Assembly (NCBI GenBank): GCA_027050205.1
Contig: JALUCS010000118.1
Span: 1 to 64,000, forward strand
Origin: a candidate division WOR-3 bacterium
GTDB lineage: Bacteria > Hydrothermota > Hydrothermia > LBFQ01
Direction of reading: 5' to 3'
Length of the DNA stretch: 64,000 nt
A program made the position numbers and the translations under genes. This document shows positions 1 through 9,151 of this stretch, piece after piece (position 1 is the first letter of the stretch; each line of letters begins with the position of its first letter). A model generated the notes under the pieces. The model did no database searches and had not been told where the DNA came from. It worked only from the letters and a program-made list of their open reading frames with translations.

Positions 1-232
1 ACAGTATGAAGGCCGTCATTACGAAGGAGTGGAAGGTGGAGGTGATGAGGCGGGCCTTGAAGATGGGCTTCTGGAGGAAGAAGGCCTGAATACCCCACCA
101 TACGTTTAACTTCCTGCCCTCCTCCCTGCCCCGCCTTATGGCGGCGATAGCGAGGGCGAAGTTGCGGTAGGTGAAGTACCCGGATACGGCAAGAAGGAGC
201 AAAAATAGGATTCTCTCCCACAGGGTGAGCAT
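1..232 (-). CDS. 5' part of a membrane-anchored protein, probably a FadF-like Fe-S oxidoreductase (runs off the window)
   Basis: Not in the ORF track. ATG at 232 reads MLTLWERILFLLLLAVSGYFTYRNF...FFLQKPIFKARLITSTFHSFVMTAFIL and stays open to the window edge. TATAAT lies 7 nt upstream. The pattern resembles the N-terminal membrane region of FadF-like proteins. Confidence 0.6.
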   Translation of the reverse strand, partial: MLTLWERILFLLLLAVSGYFTYRNFALAIAAIRRGREEGRKLNVWWGIQAFFLQKPIFKARLITSTFHSFVMTAFIL

Positions 233-853
233 AGAAGGGATTATATCGGAGGGAGGGATACGGAAGGTGGCCGTACCTGTACGCTCTGTGCAGGCGGAAG
301 CGTCCCGTGGATGGGGGACGGTCTCGCAGCGAAACGGCAGCACTTCAAGAAACCGACGGTCTGACGTCTATATCCTTGCACATCCGTTGCGGGATTACGA
401 TCGGCGGGGTGCAGGTATTTTAGAGTATTCGTTAGAGGGATTGCGCTGCTAGGGGGATAGCCCACCTATCGGCCCGAAACGACGTTGAAAGACGGCCCAA
501 CCAAAGGGAAGACTCGTGCGACGATAGAGTGGTTTAACGCCTCATTCAATCAAACTTCAAGAAATTGTAATTCGCACTTTAAAATCATTACAACCCCCGT
601 TAAGGATTTTTCATAAATTTCGCTGTAGGTACACCGATGGGGTGATGACCGCTCCGCAGCCTCGCCAAATGGGGGAACGGGATGGGTTTCGGAATCTTAA
701 AGTTGAACTTTCAGTTCGTTACCTCCCCGTTTGATGCCTCTGTAGAGCAGCTGTTATTCTATCGGTGGGATCCCCCGTTTTGTGAATATCTCGAAATTAC
801 GGTCAATAATTGAACGGTACGGACCGGTCCCCCTTATAATAGCGCTCGCTGAT

Positions 854-2311
854 ATGCTAAAGGCCGATATTTTCGTTCCTACGAAGGTGCGCCCGTTGAT
901 AGGTGAGACCAACTCCTCAACCGTCCACGTCATAGTGCTTCCACCCAACCATTACAGGGCGTACCGTGATTACGTTTCCGAGCTTTACAGGTACGTAAGA
1001 GACGGTAAACTTTCCTACGCCGACCCCGAACGGTATCCCATAGAGATCTACGAACCTCAATCCGGGTTGAGAATATGGAACTACATCATTTTTGCCGGTA
1101 CGAAGGTGGGGGATATCCGTTTGTTCGTCCACCTCAAAAGGATCCTGAAGGTATGGGTGAAGAGGGAGAGCTACGAGCCTTACTTAACCAAGTGGGAGAG
1201 CCGATACTTCCACCACTACAGGGAGCCGAAACTCCTCGTGGATTACATCCTATCACGGGTCAGGACGAAGGAGGACCTAAACATCCTGCTCAACGGTATC
1301 CTCCTGATATACCACGATGTGGAGTCCAAACGCGAACTGATCCTTAAAGAGATTCAGAATACACTGGGAGAGGACTTCTTGGTGTATGACAACGGGGCCT
1401 ACTACGTGGCCATAAATCCCAAAACGGGGACTAAGTACAGATACACCGCCCTGTGGGGGACGTACTTTCCCGAAGGTCTTAACGGTTTCGCGCACACGAA
1501 CTACCCGGAATCCATAGACTTAAACATCTCTTACAGGTGCGATGTGGGATGTCCGTACTGCTACATAGATGCGATCCCCAACGGCAAGGAGCTGGTCTGG
1601 AATGAGGAGTTAGAGAACACACTCTCGGAACTTTTCGGGGACGGTTTCTACGGGTATTACCTGCCGTACTACGCGGAGGTATCCCTGAACGTCAACAACC
1701 TCTTTGACTACGGGACCCTCTCAAATGTCATCCGCAGATTGCGTTGGGGTAAGATACCCAACGTAACCCTCCACTACAGGACGGCCGTCTCCCACCCAGA
1801 ACTGTTCACCCTTGAGGGTGTGTATTGGACGGGAGTCAGCGTCACCTCCTACAGACAGATTGAACATGTGCGCTCCCTCTACCCGGACAGGAACATCGTC
1901 TTCCACGTGATAAACGGAATATTTGATGGGATTGAAAAGGTTAAGAACGAGCGGATCCTCGTACTCGGATACAAGACCTCCGGGAGGGGGAGAACGTACA
2001 GCCCCAGGCTGTGGAAATGGGAGACCGTTGAAACCCTTAGGGAAAACGGCAATATAGTGGCCATGGACGATCTGGCCGTAAAGCAGCTTGAGGTGCGAAA
2101 GCACCTCCCCCAGAGCGAATGGGACAGGTTCTTCATGGGGTGGGACTACACCCACTCCCTCTTTATTGATCTGGTGAAGGGAACGTTCGCAGAAAACTCG
2201 TACTCCTCCGAGCAGTTTCCGCTGTACGACGAGAAGGGGGAAATCAGAAGCATCCGGAGAATATGGAATTCGCTGCAGTTTAGGAGATTGTACGGCAACG
2301 GAAGCCTATAG
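854..2311 (+). CDS. Radical SAM protein with an N-terminal ETNSS-motif domain (phage-type rSAM fusion)
   Basis: CxxxCxxC motif (CDVGCPYC) at 1538-1561. The ORF is open from 782; ATG 854 is preferred because TATAAT lies at 835-840. Confidence 0.8.
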   Translation: MLKADIFVPTKVRPLIGETNSSTVHVIVLPPNHYRAYRDYVSELYRYVRDGKLSYADPERYPIEIYEPQSGLRIWNYIIFAGTKVGDIRLFVHLKRILKVWVKRESYEPYLTKWESRYFHHYREPKLLVDYILSRVRTKEDLNILLNGILLIYHDVESKRELILKEIQNTLGEDFLVYDNGAYYVAINPKTGTKYRYTALWGTYFPEGLNGFAHTNYPESIDLNISYRCDVGCPYCYIDAIPNGKELVWNEELENTLSELFGDGFYGYYLPYYAEVSLNVNNLFDYGTLSNVIRRLRWGKIPNVTLHYRTAVSHPELFTLEGVYWTGVSVTSYRQIEHVRSLYPDRNIVFHVINGIFDGIEKVKNERILVLGYKTSGRGRTYSPRLWKWETVETLRENGNIVAMDDLAVKQLEVRKHLPQSEWDRFFMGWDYTHSLFIDLVKGTFAENSYSSEQFPLYDEKGEIRSIRRIWNSLQFRRLYGNGSL

Positions 2312-2414
2312 GATACGTTTCGCATCCTCTATAAATCCTCCATCCTGATACCAACTGAACAACTCCACCATCATCTTAAAAATATCAGTAAAGTGGATTG
2401 CTTATTCTCTCTTT

Positions 2415-3392
2415 TCATCTCCCCAACAGCATACGGATTATGCTGACGAAGTTGGGGTTGAAAACCGTCATTCCGAGCATAGTTAGGATAATCAGGAAAA
2501 CGAGCATAAGGTTCGTACTGTTTATCTTCTCCTCAAGAGCGGATATCTTGGCGTCCACCTTATCCTCAAAGCTGTCCATCCGTTTCTCAAGGGCGGATAT
2601 CTTGGCGTCCATCTTCTCCTCAAGGTTGTCTATCCGTTCTTCAAGGGCGGTGATCTTAGCGTCCGTCGTTTTTTTGAGGCCGTCAATTTTCTCATCAAGG
2701 GTAGCTATCTTGTTGTCTATCTTCTCCTCAAGGGCAGTTATTTTGGCGTCCATCGTTTTCTCAAGGTTATCTATTCGCTCCTCAAGGGCGGTTATCTTAG
2801 CGTCCGTCGTTTTCGTAAGGTTGTCTATCTTCTCCTCAAGAGCGGTTATTTTGGCATCCATCTTCTCCTCAAGGGCGGTGATCCTGGCATCCGTTGTTCT
2901 CTCAAGGCTGTCTATACGCTTTTCAAGGCCGTCTATACGATTCTCAAGGGAGGTTATCTTAGCGTCCGTCGTTTTCGTAAGGTTGTCTATCTTCTCCTCA
3001 AGGGCGGTTATCTTGGCGTCTGTCGTTTTCTCAAGGTTATCTATTCTCTCCTCAAGAGCGTCTATTTTGGCGTCCATCTTCTCCTCAAAGGCGGTTATCT
3101 TAGTGTCCGTCGTCCTCTCAAGGCTGTCTATACGCTTTTCAAGGCCGTCTATACGATTCTCAAGAGAGGCTATCTTGGCGTCCACCTTATCCTCAAGGGA
3201 TTCCATCCTCATCTCAAGAGCCTCCATCCTCATCCTCACACCCTCAAACATCTGGAAGATCTCCTCCCTCGTGGGAAACCGGCTGATGATAGTATCCTTC
3301 ACCCCTTCAACGTAGTCCGCGATGGCCTGCGCCCCGTCCTCCCCAAGCCTATCCCTTAACTTCAGGAATAGCTCGGAAGTGCTACGTTTCAT
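2415..3392 (-). CDS. Membrane-anchored coiled-coil repeat protein (CCDC90/DUF1640/Bdr-like head-stalk-anchor)
   Basis: Short N-terminal head, then repeats of DAKITALEEK and IDNLxKT, then a C-terminal hydrophobic helix. TAGAAT lies 6 nt before the ATG. Confidence 0.8.
   Translation of the reverse strand: MKRSTSELFLKLRDRLGEDGAQAIADYVEGVKDTIISRFPTREEIFQMFEGVRMRMEALEMRMESLEDKVDAKIASLENRIDGLEKRIDSLERTTDTKITAFEEKMDAKIDALEERIDNLEKTTDAKITALEEKIDNLTKTTDAKITSLENRIDGLEKRIDSLERTTDARITALEEKMDAKITALEEKIDNLTKTTDAKITALEERIDNLEKTMDAKITALEEKIDNKIATLDEKIDGLKKTTDAKITALEERIDNLEEKMDAKISALEKRMDSFEDKVDAKISALEEKINSTNLMLVFLIILTMLGMTVFNPNFVSIIRMLLGR
2520..3200. repeat. Intragenic degenerate tandem repeats with 21- and 33-nt units
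   Basis: Recurring atcttctcctcaagggcggttatcttggcgtcc-like units. Exact 50-nt duplicate at 2899-2948 and 3115-3164; exact 51-nt duplicate at 2790-2840 and 2952-3002. Confidence 0.9.
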
Positions 3393-3443
3393 ATCCGCAT
3401 TCTAAAGGTGAAATGTCCGTTAAGTCTCGGAGATAAACTGCGG

Positions 3444-6254
3444 CTACAGGTTAATTCTCCTTACGTACGGCCTGTTTCCGAGGATGCCATCAAAGGAGTG
3501 GGTGTCGTGGGTGACTACGACTATCTGGATACCTTCCTTCCTGTGGAGCTGGTCCAGTATGTCCCAGACGTCCTCCCTCCTGTCGGCGTCCAAATGGGTC
3601 GTTGGCTCGTCCAAGATGAGAAGAGGGGCAACCCCTTCCTCCCTGCCGACTATCCTCCTTAGGGCCATTATGTAGGAGAGGTAGAGGGCGGTCCTCTCCC
3701 CACCGCTAAGGGCTATCTCGTCGTTCCCTACCTGCTCCCCGTAGGACACCGAAACCTCCTCACCGTTGTGGAGGGTTAGGATGGGCATAAGGTTCTCGTC
3801 CAACCTAAGGCGTTTGTAGGATACGCCGTGGCCGAAGATGTTGAGGAAGTAGCGGCTTATCTCCGCCTCAAAGACCCTACGGCGGGCCTCTATGAACTTC
3901 TCCTGTTTCTCTTCCACCACCCGCCGCATATCCTCAACCCTGCTCCTAAGGTGGCGGAGTCTCTTCCACTCTTTGAGTCTTTCTTGAAGTTTCTTTAACT
4001 TTTCTTTAACGATTTCCAACTCCCCTTTTAACTTCTCCAACTCCCCCCTCATCCTCTCCAACTCTTCTATCATCCCCTTCTCCTTCTCCCTCAACCTCTC
4101 AAGCTTCTCCCTGACCTTCTCCAGCTCCTCTTCGGGTTTTCCGAGGGCTTCTATCTCCCTCTTTACCCTCTTAAGTTCCCTCTCCATTTTCTCCTTTTCG
4201 GATAGTTTCTTCAGGTACTCCTCCTTCCGGGTTAGAGCCTCCTCCAGACGTTGGAGGTTCCCCTTCCAAAACTCCACGTACCGCTCAAGGTCATCAACCT
4301 CATCCGGTTGCTGGGCGGCTTCCGGGTACCTGCTAACTATCCCCTCAACTTCCCTTACCGTCTCCTCTATCTCCCCCTTTAACCCCTCAACCTCCCCCTC
4401 AAGCCTCACCATCTCCTCGTAGGCCTTAAGGGTACCGTCCGAAAGGGAGGCGAGGTCCTTTTCATAGAAGCTATAGTACAGGCTTACGCCGGCGAAGGGG
4501 CCAACTACAGGCTCTAAGATGACGGATAACTTCCCTTCGCACTCCTTTACTGTGCCTTTAGCCCTTGCATACCTCTCGTAGGCCTCCCTCAACTCCTCAA
4601 GCCTTCTGTCTATCTCCTCAAGCTCACCCTTCAACCTCTTCCCTATCTCTTCAACCGTCCTCCGCAGGTCCTCAAGGGGGACATCCGCAGGCAGGTCCAC
4701 TCCATCTAACCCCTCTACGGCCTCCCTGACCCTGCTGGCGAGGTTGTAGTACTCCCTCATCTTCCCATCCACCTCCTTGTACCTCTCCAGGGTCGCGGAT
4801 AGCTCCTTCAGGTCCTCTCTTAGGGACTTGAGGCTCTCCTCGGTGGCCTTCAGGAGGGCTTCGGGGTCCTCTATCTCCCTACCGCACACCGGACACCTGT
4901 TCTCTCCCCGCTTGAGGGCTTCAAGCCTCTCCCTCTCGTGCTTCTCCTCCGCTTTGAGCGAGGCGATCCTCCTGCGCAGATCCTCCAGTTCCCTATCGTA
5001 CTCCTCAAGGGAGGGGAGGCGGCCGAGTTTCCCCTCTATCTCCCTCTTCAGGTCCTCCATCCTCTTCAGCCAGACCCATATGTCCCTTAGCCTCTCAAGT
5101 TTCCTCTCAATTCCGTCGCGTTCCTCTTTTAGCCTCTCGTACTCCTCGTAGGCCTCCTTCGTCTCCTCACACTCCCGCCTGGCACGGGCGCAGTCTCGCA
5201 GGGTTCTGACCTCCTCCGGGGTCCAGTTCACCAGGAGGGGCAGGACATCCCTAAGCTCGGAGCGGAGGGCCTCTATCCTCTCCAGCCTCTTGTTCCGCTC
5301 CTCCAGGAGCCTCCTCAACCTCCCTCCTATGTTTATCAGGGCCTCCCGGTCCTCCTTGACCTCCTTCTTTCTATTCCCTACGCCCTTCAGGTTCTCCCCC
5401 TCCTCTATCTGGACACCCATCTCGGCAAGTTCCCTCTCCAGCAGCTCTATCTGACGCTGTAAGGTCTCAAGCCGCCCCTTAAGCTCCTGCTTCCTCCTTA
5501 CGGCATCATCCAGCTCTTTTTCCGTCTTTTCTAGGCGTTTTATCTCACCTTCCAGACTCTCCTTCTCCCCCTCTTTCGTCTCTATATCGCCCTCAAGGCG
5601 ACGGATCTCCTCCTCTCTCCTTTCAACCTCATCCTCAAGGTCCTCCACCCTCCGCTGGAGGTCCCCTACGTCCAACGTCTTGGGGCCAACGTTTTTGAAG
5701 TGGTCGTCTATGAGGGGTAGGTCCCTTTTGATCCCATCAACCTTGCTTCCGAGTTCCTTCTCCAGGCTCTTCAGAATTTCCAGAATCTTCTTTATGTGGC
5801 TTATCTTCAGGAGGTCGTTCATTATGTCGGCCAGGTCCTTGGGGCTTCGGCTCAACTCCCCCTGCCGGATGTAGTAAAGCGTCCTGTACTCCTTCGTATC
5901 TACCGGAAGGCCTAAGAGTTTCCGGGCGGTGGTGTGGTCAATCGTTTTGCCGTTGTAGGAGACGGTGGGGTTGTTCTTCTTTCCCGTCGTCCGTATTAGG
6001 GTATGGAAAATTACGGTATCGTTCCCTTTGCTGACCTCCAACCTCACCTCGGCCATCTTTTCGCCTTTGCGCACGTTGTAGGTTATATACTTTCGGTGTT
6101 CTTTGTATTTGTCAGGGTATAAAGCAACCTCTATGGCGTCAAGGACGCTGCTTTTCCCCGCACCGTTCGGTCCGAGGATGGCGGTTATGCCGCCGAAGTC
6201 TATGCTCCGGCTCCTGTGCTTGCGGAAGTCCTTGAGGACTATCCTCCTAAGCAT
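3444..6254 (-). CDS. sbcC: SbcC/Rad50-family SMC ATPase
   Basis: Walker A GPNGAGKS, zinc hook CPVC, signature LSGGE, Walker B LILDEPT, H-loop VVTHD and long coiled coils. The ATG at 6254 overlaps the sbcD 3' end. Confidence 0.9.
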   Translation of the reverse strand: MLRRIVLKDFRKHRSRSIDFGGITAILGPNGAGKSSVLDAIEVALYPDKYKEHRKYITYNVRKGEKMAEVRLEVSKGNDTVIFHTLIRTTGKKNNPTVSYNGKTIDHTTARKLLGLPVDTKEYRTLYYIRQGELSRSPKDLADIMNDLLKISHIKKILEILKSLEKELGSKVDGIKRDLPLIDDHFKNVGPKTLDVGDLQRRVEDLEDEVERREEEIRRLEGDIETKEGEKESLEGEIKRLEKTEKELDDAVRRKQELKGRLETLQRQIELLERELAEMGVQIEEGENLKGVGNRKKEVKEDREALINIGGRLRRLLEERNKRLERIEALRSELRDVLPLLVNWTPEEVRTLRDCARARRECEETKEAYEEYERLKEERDGIERKLERLRDIWVWLKRMEDLKREIEGKLGRLPSLEEYDRELEDLRRRIASLKAEEKHERERLEALKRGENRCPVCGREIEDPEALLKATEESLKSLREDLKELSATLERYKEVDGKMREYYNLASRVREAVEGLDGVDLPADVPLEDLRRTVEEIGKRLKGELEEIDRRLEELREAYERYARAKGTVKECEGKLSVILEPVVGPFAGVSLYYSFYEKDLASLSDGTLKAYEEMVRLEGEVEGLKGEIEETVREVEGIVSRYPEAAQQPDEVDDLERYVEFWKGNLQRLEEALTRKEEYLKKLSEKEKMERELKRVKREIEALGKPEEELEKVREKLERLREKEKGMIEELERMRGELEKLKGELEIVKEKLKKLQERLKEWKRLRHLRSRVEDMRRVVEEKQEKFIEARRRVFEAEISRYFLNIFGHGVSYKRLRLDENLMPILTLHNGEEVSVSYGEQVGNDEIALSGGERTALYLSYIMALRRIVGREEGVAPLLILDEPTTHLDADRREDVWDILDQLHRKEGIQIVVVTHDTHSFDGILGNRPYVRRINL

Positions 6255-7674
6255 CTCCCACCTCCTTTTCAAAGGCCGAAAGGATCTCATCCTTTATCTC
6301 CTCGGTCAGGGAGGTTATTTCCCTCTCCTTCTCCCCCTTTGCCTTCTTCCCCCTTATCTCCTTCAGCTCCCCTTCAAGGTCAATCAACCTCTTTATCTTC
6401 TCGTCTATCCTGCGGAGTACGGAGCCGTACTCCCCGAAGAGGGCGTACCTGTCCCCCTCCTCAAACTCCTGCCGGACCTCCTCCCTCTCCAACAGGGCCT
6501 CGTACAGGACGCGTAAGGCCGCCAACTCATCGCCCTCAAGGAGGTCTATAAGACGGGCCTGAAATCTGGCGAAGGTTTCCTCCCCCATCTCCACCTCAAG
6601 CGACAGGACGGGGGCCTTCACTCCGAGGGCTTTGAATACGTCCAGAAGTTTATTTAGGGCCTCGTTGAAGGTGTCCTCTTCGCCCTCCCGTACCCTCGCC
6701 TTCAGGAAGGGCCTGCTCGTGGGCAGGGGATGGTAGAATATCGGCTGGCGGGAGGAGTTCCAGTAATATACGGGTATATCGTCCCCTTTGACATTGGCAT
6801 CCTCCGGGTCCATTAGGTTCCTCAACTGGGGAGCATCAAGGTCCAGGAACACGACTCCCTTCATTACCGCCCTCTTAAACATCTCAAGGGCCTTCTTCCT
6901 CCCATGGGCCTTCTCCAAGTCCTCGTATATTTTCAGGAGTTCAAACACGTCCCAGGCCTCTCCCATATCCTGATACTCAACCGAGCCGGGATTTACGAAT
7001 ATCCGGGGAGGCCTGACGACAAGTTTCCTCTTGTGGATGTGGCCGTTGAAGATATAGACGAAGTTATCCGGTATGTCTTCTATACGGTAGAACTCCGGGA
7101 TCCCCCAGACGTCCCCTATAGTTTGATGGGTTAAAAGCAAGGCCCTCCTGCCGTTCAGCTCCTCCGCCGCCTTGCGAAGGGTGTTGCTCAAGGAGACGAA
7201 GTTGTCCCCCTCGTCATAATAGCCCACGGCCACTATCGGCACCCTTGCCCACCCGTCTATGATCCTGTACTCCCCAGCCCTGACGATGACGAGGTCTCCC
7301 CCGTCCGTATAGAGCTTGAGGGCGGTTTCTATTACGGTAAATGGCTGGTTTTGCCTGTTGGCGTAGCGGCGGAAGTCGTGGTTCCCCTCAAGGAGTATCA
7401 CCTTTATCCCGGCGTCAAGGAGGGTTTTGAGGCCGTTGATGGCGGTGTTGAGGTCGTTGAAGATGGTGGCCGACGCCCTCCCCTCAAGGAGGTCCCCAAG
7501 ATGGGCGACTATGTCCGGTTTTTTCTCCAGAAACAGGTCAAGGGCGGCTTTGAAGCTCTCATATACGTCCCCTTTCCGTACGCTGGCAATGTCCTTCTCC
7601 TTCGTCCTCCATCCCCTACCCCCACGGTAGAGGGTCGCACCGAGGTGGGTATCCGTGAAGAAGCCGATCCTCAT
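6247..7674 (-). CDS. sbcD: SbcD/Mre11-family metallophosphoesterase nuclease
   Basis: Motifs DTHLG, GD, GNHD and GHIH; sits directly upstream of the SMC ATPase. Start MRIGFF at 7674. Confidence 0.9.
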   Translation of the reverse strand: MRIGFFTDTHLGATLYRGGRGWRTKEKDIASVRKGDVYESFKAALDLFLEKKPDIVAHLGDLLEGRASATIFNDLNTAINGLKTLLDAGIKVILLEGNHDFRRYANRQNQPFTVIETALKLYTDGGDLVIVRAGEYRIIDGWARVPIVAVGYYDEGDNFVSLSNTLRKAAEELNGRRALLLTHQTIGDVWGIPEFYRIEDIPDNFVYIFNGHIHKRKLVVRPPRIFVNPGSVEYQDMGEAWDVFELLKIYEDLEKAHGRKKALEMFKRAVMKGVVFLDLDAPQLRNLMDPEDANVKGDDIPVYYWNSSRQPIFYHPLPTSRPFLKARVREGEEDTFNEALNKLLDVFKALGVKAPVLSLEVEMGEETFARFQARLIDLLEGDELAALRVLYEALLEREEVRQEFEEGDRYALFGEYGSVLRRIDEKIKRLIDLEGELKEIRGKKAKGEKEREITSLTEEIKDEILSAFEKEVGDA

Positions 7675-7784
7675 TCTGCCGGCAATTGTAGAGTGGTCGC
7701 AGGAGGGGGGTAGCAGGGATTTGAACGCTCCGGCGTTCAAAATTCCGCTCTGGTGGGGAGGCCCCAACGTAGTATATCCACCTT

Positions 7785-8246
7785 ATGATTATGATGTTCA
7801 ACTTCATCCTTGCGCAGGTGCCGGCTTACGGGGGGCAGCAGCCTTACCCCCAGTACCCACAGCTCCGGCAACCCTACCCGCAGCCCTATCCGCAACAGCC
7901 CTACTATCCTTCCCAGTCGTACGTGGGAGACCCGAACGTGGCCTGTAAGTTGGGGGAGTTGGTTGGTGAGAAATACACCGAGAACGAGCAGACGACTTGG
8001 TACCTCCTCGGATGCCTCGGAGGTTTCTGTCTCGGTCCCTTCGGCTACGTCGTCCCCCTATTCGTGAGCGAACCTTCCCCCAAGAGCGTCCTACCCATAA
8101 CCATGCCGCCCGTTGCCCTTCAGAGCTACGAGAGGTGCTATAGGGAGACGGGAAAGAAGAAGATGAGGGAGTACGCCTTCTGGGGCGTGACGACGGGTTG
8201 CCTCGCCAGTATCCCCATATCGCTGATGATTACGTCCGGGAGGTAA
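7785..8246 (+). CDS. Hypothetical membrane protein with a Q/P/Y-rich N-terminus
   Basis: QPYPQ repeats and two hydrophobic Cys/Gly-containing segments. TAGTAT lies 9 nt upstream. Confidence 0.7.
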   Translation: MIMMFNFILAQVPAYGGQQPYPQYPQLRQPYPQPYPQQPYYPSQSYVGDPNVACKLGELVGEKYTENEQTTWYLLGCLGGFCLGPFGYVVPLFVSEPSPKSVLPITMPPVALQSYERCYRETGKKKMREYAFWGVTTGCLASIPISLMITSGR

Positions 8247-8251
8247 GGGGT

Positions 8252-9151
8252 ATGAGGAAACACAGTCCTGCCTTCCCGAAGCTCCTCTGGGGTGGCTATA
8301 TCCCCTGTAGGAGGGTGGAGTACAGGGGGGAGTGGTGGTACCAAAGCCTTAGGGAGGTGGCAAAACGCCTTGAGTCGGGGCGTTATGAGGATATGGCGGA
8401 GCTGGCGGAAAAGTACGGCATAAGCTTGGGATGGCTTTGGTACCATCATAAGAGCCACAGGGAACAAGCTGAAGCCCTGAAGGAAAGGATAAAGAGATGG
8501 CTTAACGAGGAGGTCAGGTGGAGGGTACCGGAGATTGAGAACATCGCCGCAGAGGAGATAAATCTCCGGAAACTTATGGATTTCCGCCGGATGTGGCTCC
8601 CTCCGGTGCAGGAGTACATCCTTGCTGAAGATTACACCGGCCTAACATACGATGTGTCCGTTAATCATGAGGAAACCTTCACCGTTGAGTCAAGGGATGG
8701 CCTCCCTTACCTAACCTACAAGTTCGCAGCCGAGGCCTACGTCCAATACTACGAAGAAGAGGCCGATTACTGCGAAGGGGAAGAGGGCAAGATCCGCATC
8801 GGGTACGAATGCCCCTTGTGGAATGGCCTCCTCCCCGAAGGGATAAACTACAGGGAGACGTGGAAGGTTAAAGGTTCCGTCTTTCTTATGGAGGACGAAG
8901 ACCTATACGAGGGAATAGATATAGACGATATCGCAGACCTTCAGGCGAGCGTTGAGATCGTCAAGGGGGACGAGAGGATTGTGGAGACGTTGGAAGGTCC
9001 CCTTCGGCTGGCGCGAAGGACGGATAGCTTCCCCCTCCTTGAGATGGCCAAACTACCAGAGGAAAGGCGTCGCCTCCGCCTGATGCTCACCTACCTCCTC
9101 CTCTCCTCCGCCCCCCTAAGGTACGCCATCCAGAAGGCGAAGGCCCGTTAG
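8252..9151 (+). CDS. Hypothetical protein, possible N-terminal helix-turn-helix
   Basis: Long ORF with genome-typical codon usage. MAELAEKYGISLGWLWYH looks HTH-like. ATG 8252 follows the upstream stop. Confidence 0.65.
   Translation: MRKHSPAFPKLLWGGYIPCRRVEYRGEWWYQSLREVAKRLESGRYEDMAELAEKYGISLGWLWYHHKSHREQAEALKERIKRWLNEEVRWRVPEIENIAAEEINLRKLMDFRRMWLPPVQEYILAEDYTGLTYDVSVNHEETFTVESRDGLPYLTYKFAAEAYVQYYEEEADYCEGEEGKIRIGYECPLWNGLLPEGINYRETWKVKGSVFLMEDEDLYEGIDIDDIADLQASVEIVKGDERIVETLEGPLRLARRTDSFPLLEMAKLPEERRRLRLMLTYLLLSSAPLRYAIQKAKAR

Noticed and set aside
171..465. ORFs 171-452 (+) and 241-465 (-)
   Set aside because: Atypical composition and no motifs; the + ORF also overlaps the better-supported minus-strand gene starting at 232.
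2306..2401. Short minus-strand frame AIHFTDIFKMMVELFSWYQDGGFIEDAKRIL
   Set aside because: It looks protein-like and may be a gene remnant, but it is too short and has no recognisable family.
2520..3200. Repeats as a possible CRISPR array
   Set aside because: The units are in-frame, degenerate at third codon positions and lack unique spacers; no cas genes are present.
2398..3315. 305-aa + strand ORF with SSRAVILAS repeats
   Set aside because: Antisense shadow of the coiled-coil repeat gene. The minus-strand product has a coherent architecture and a promoter box.
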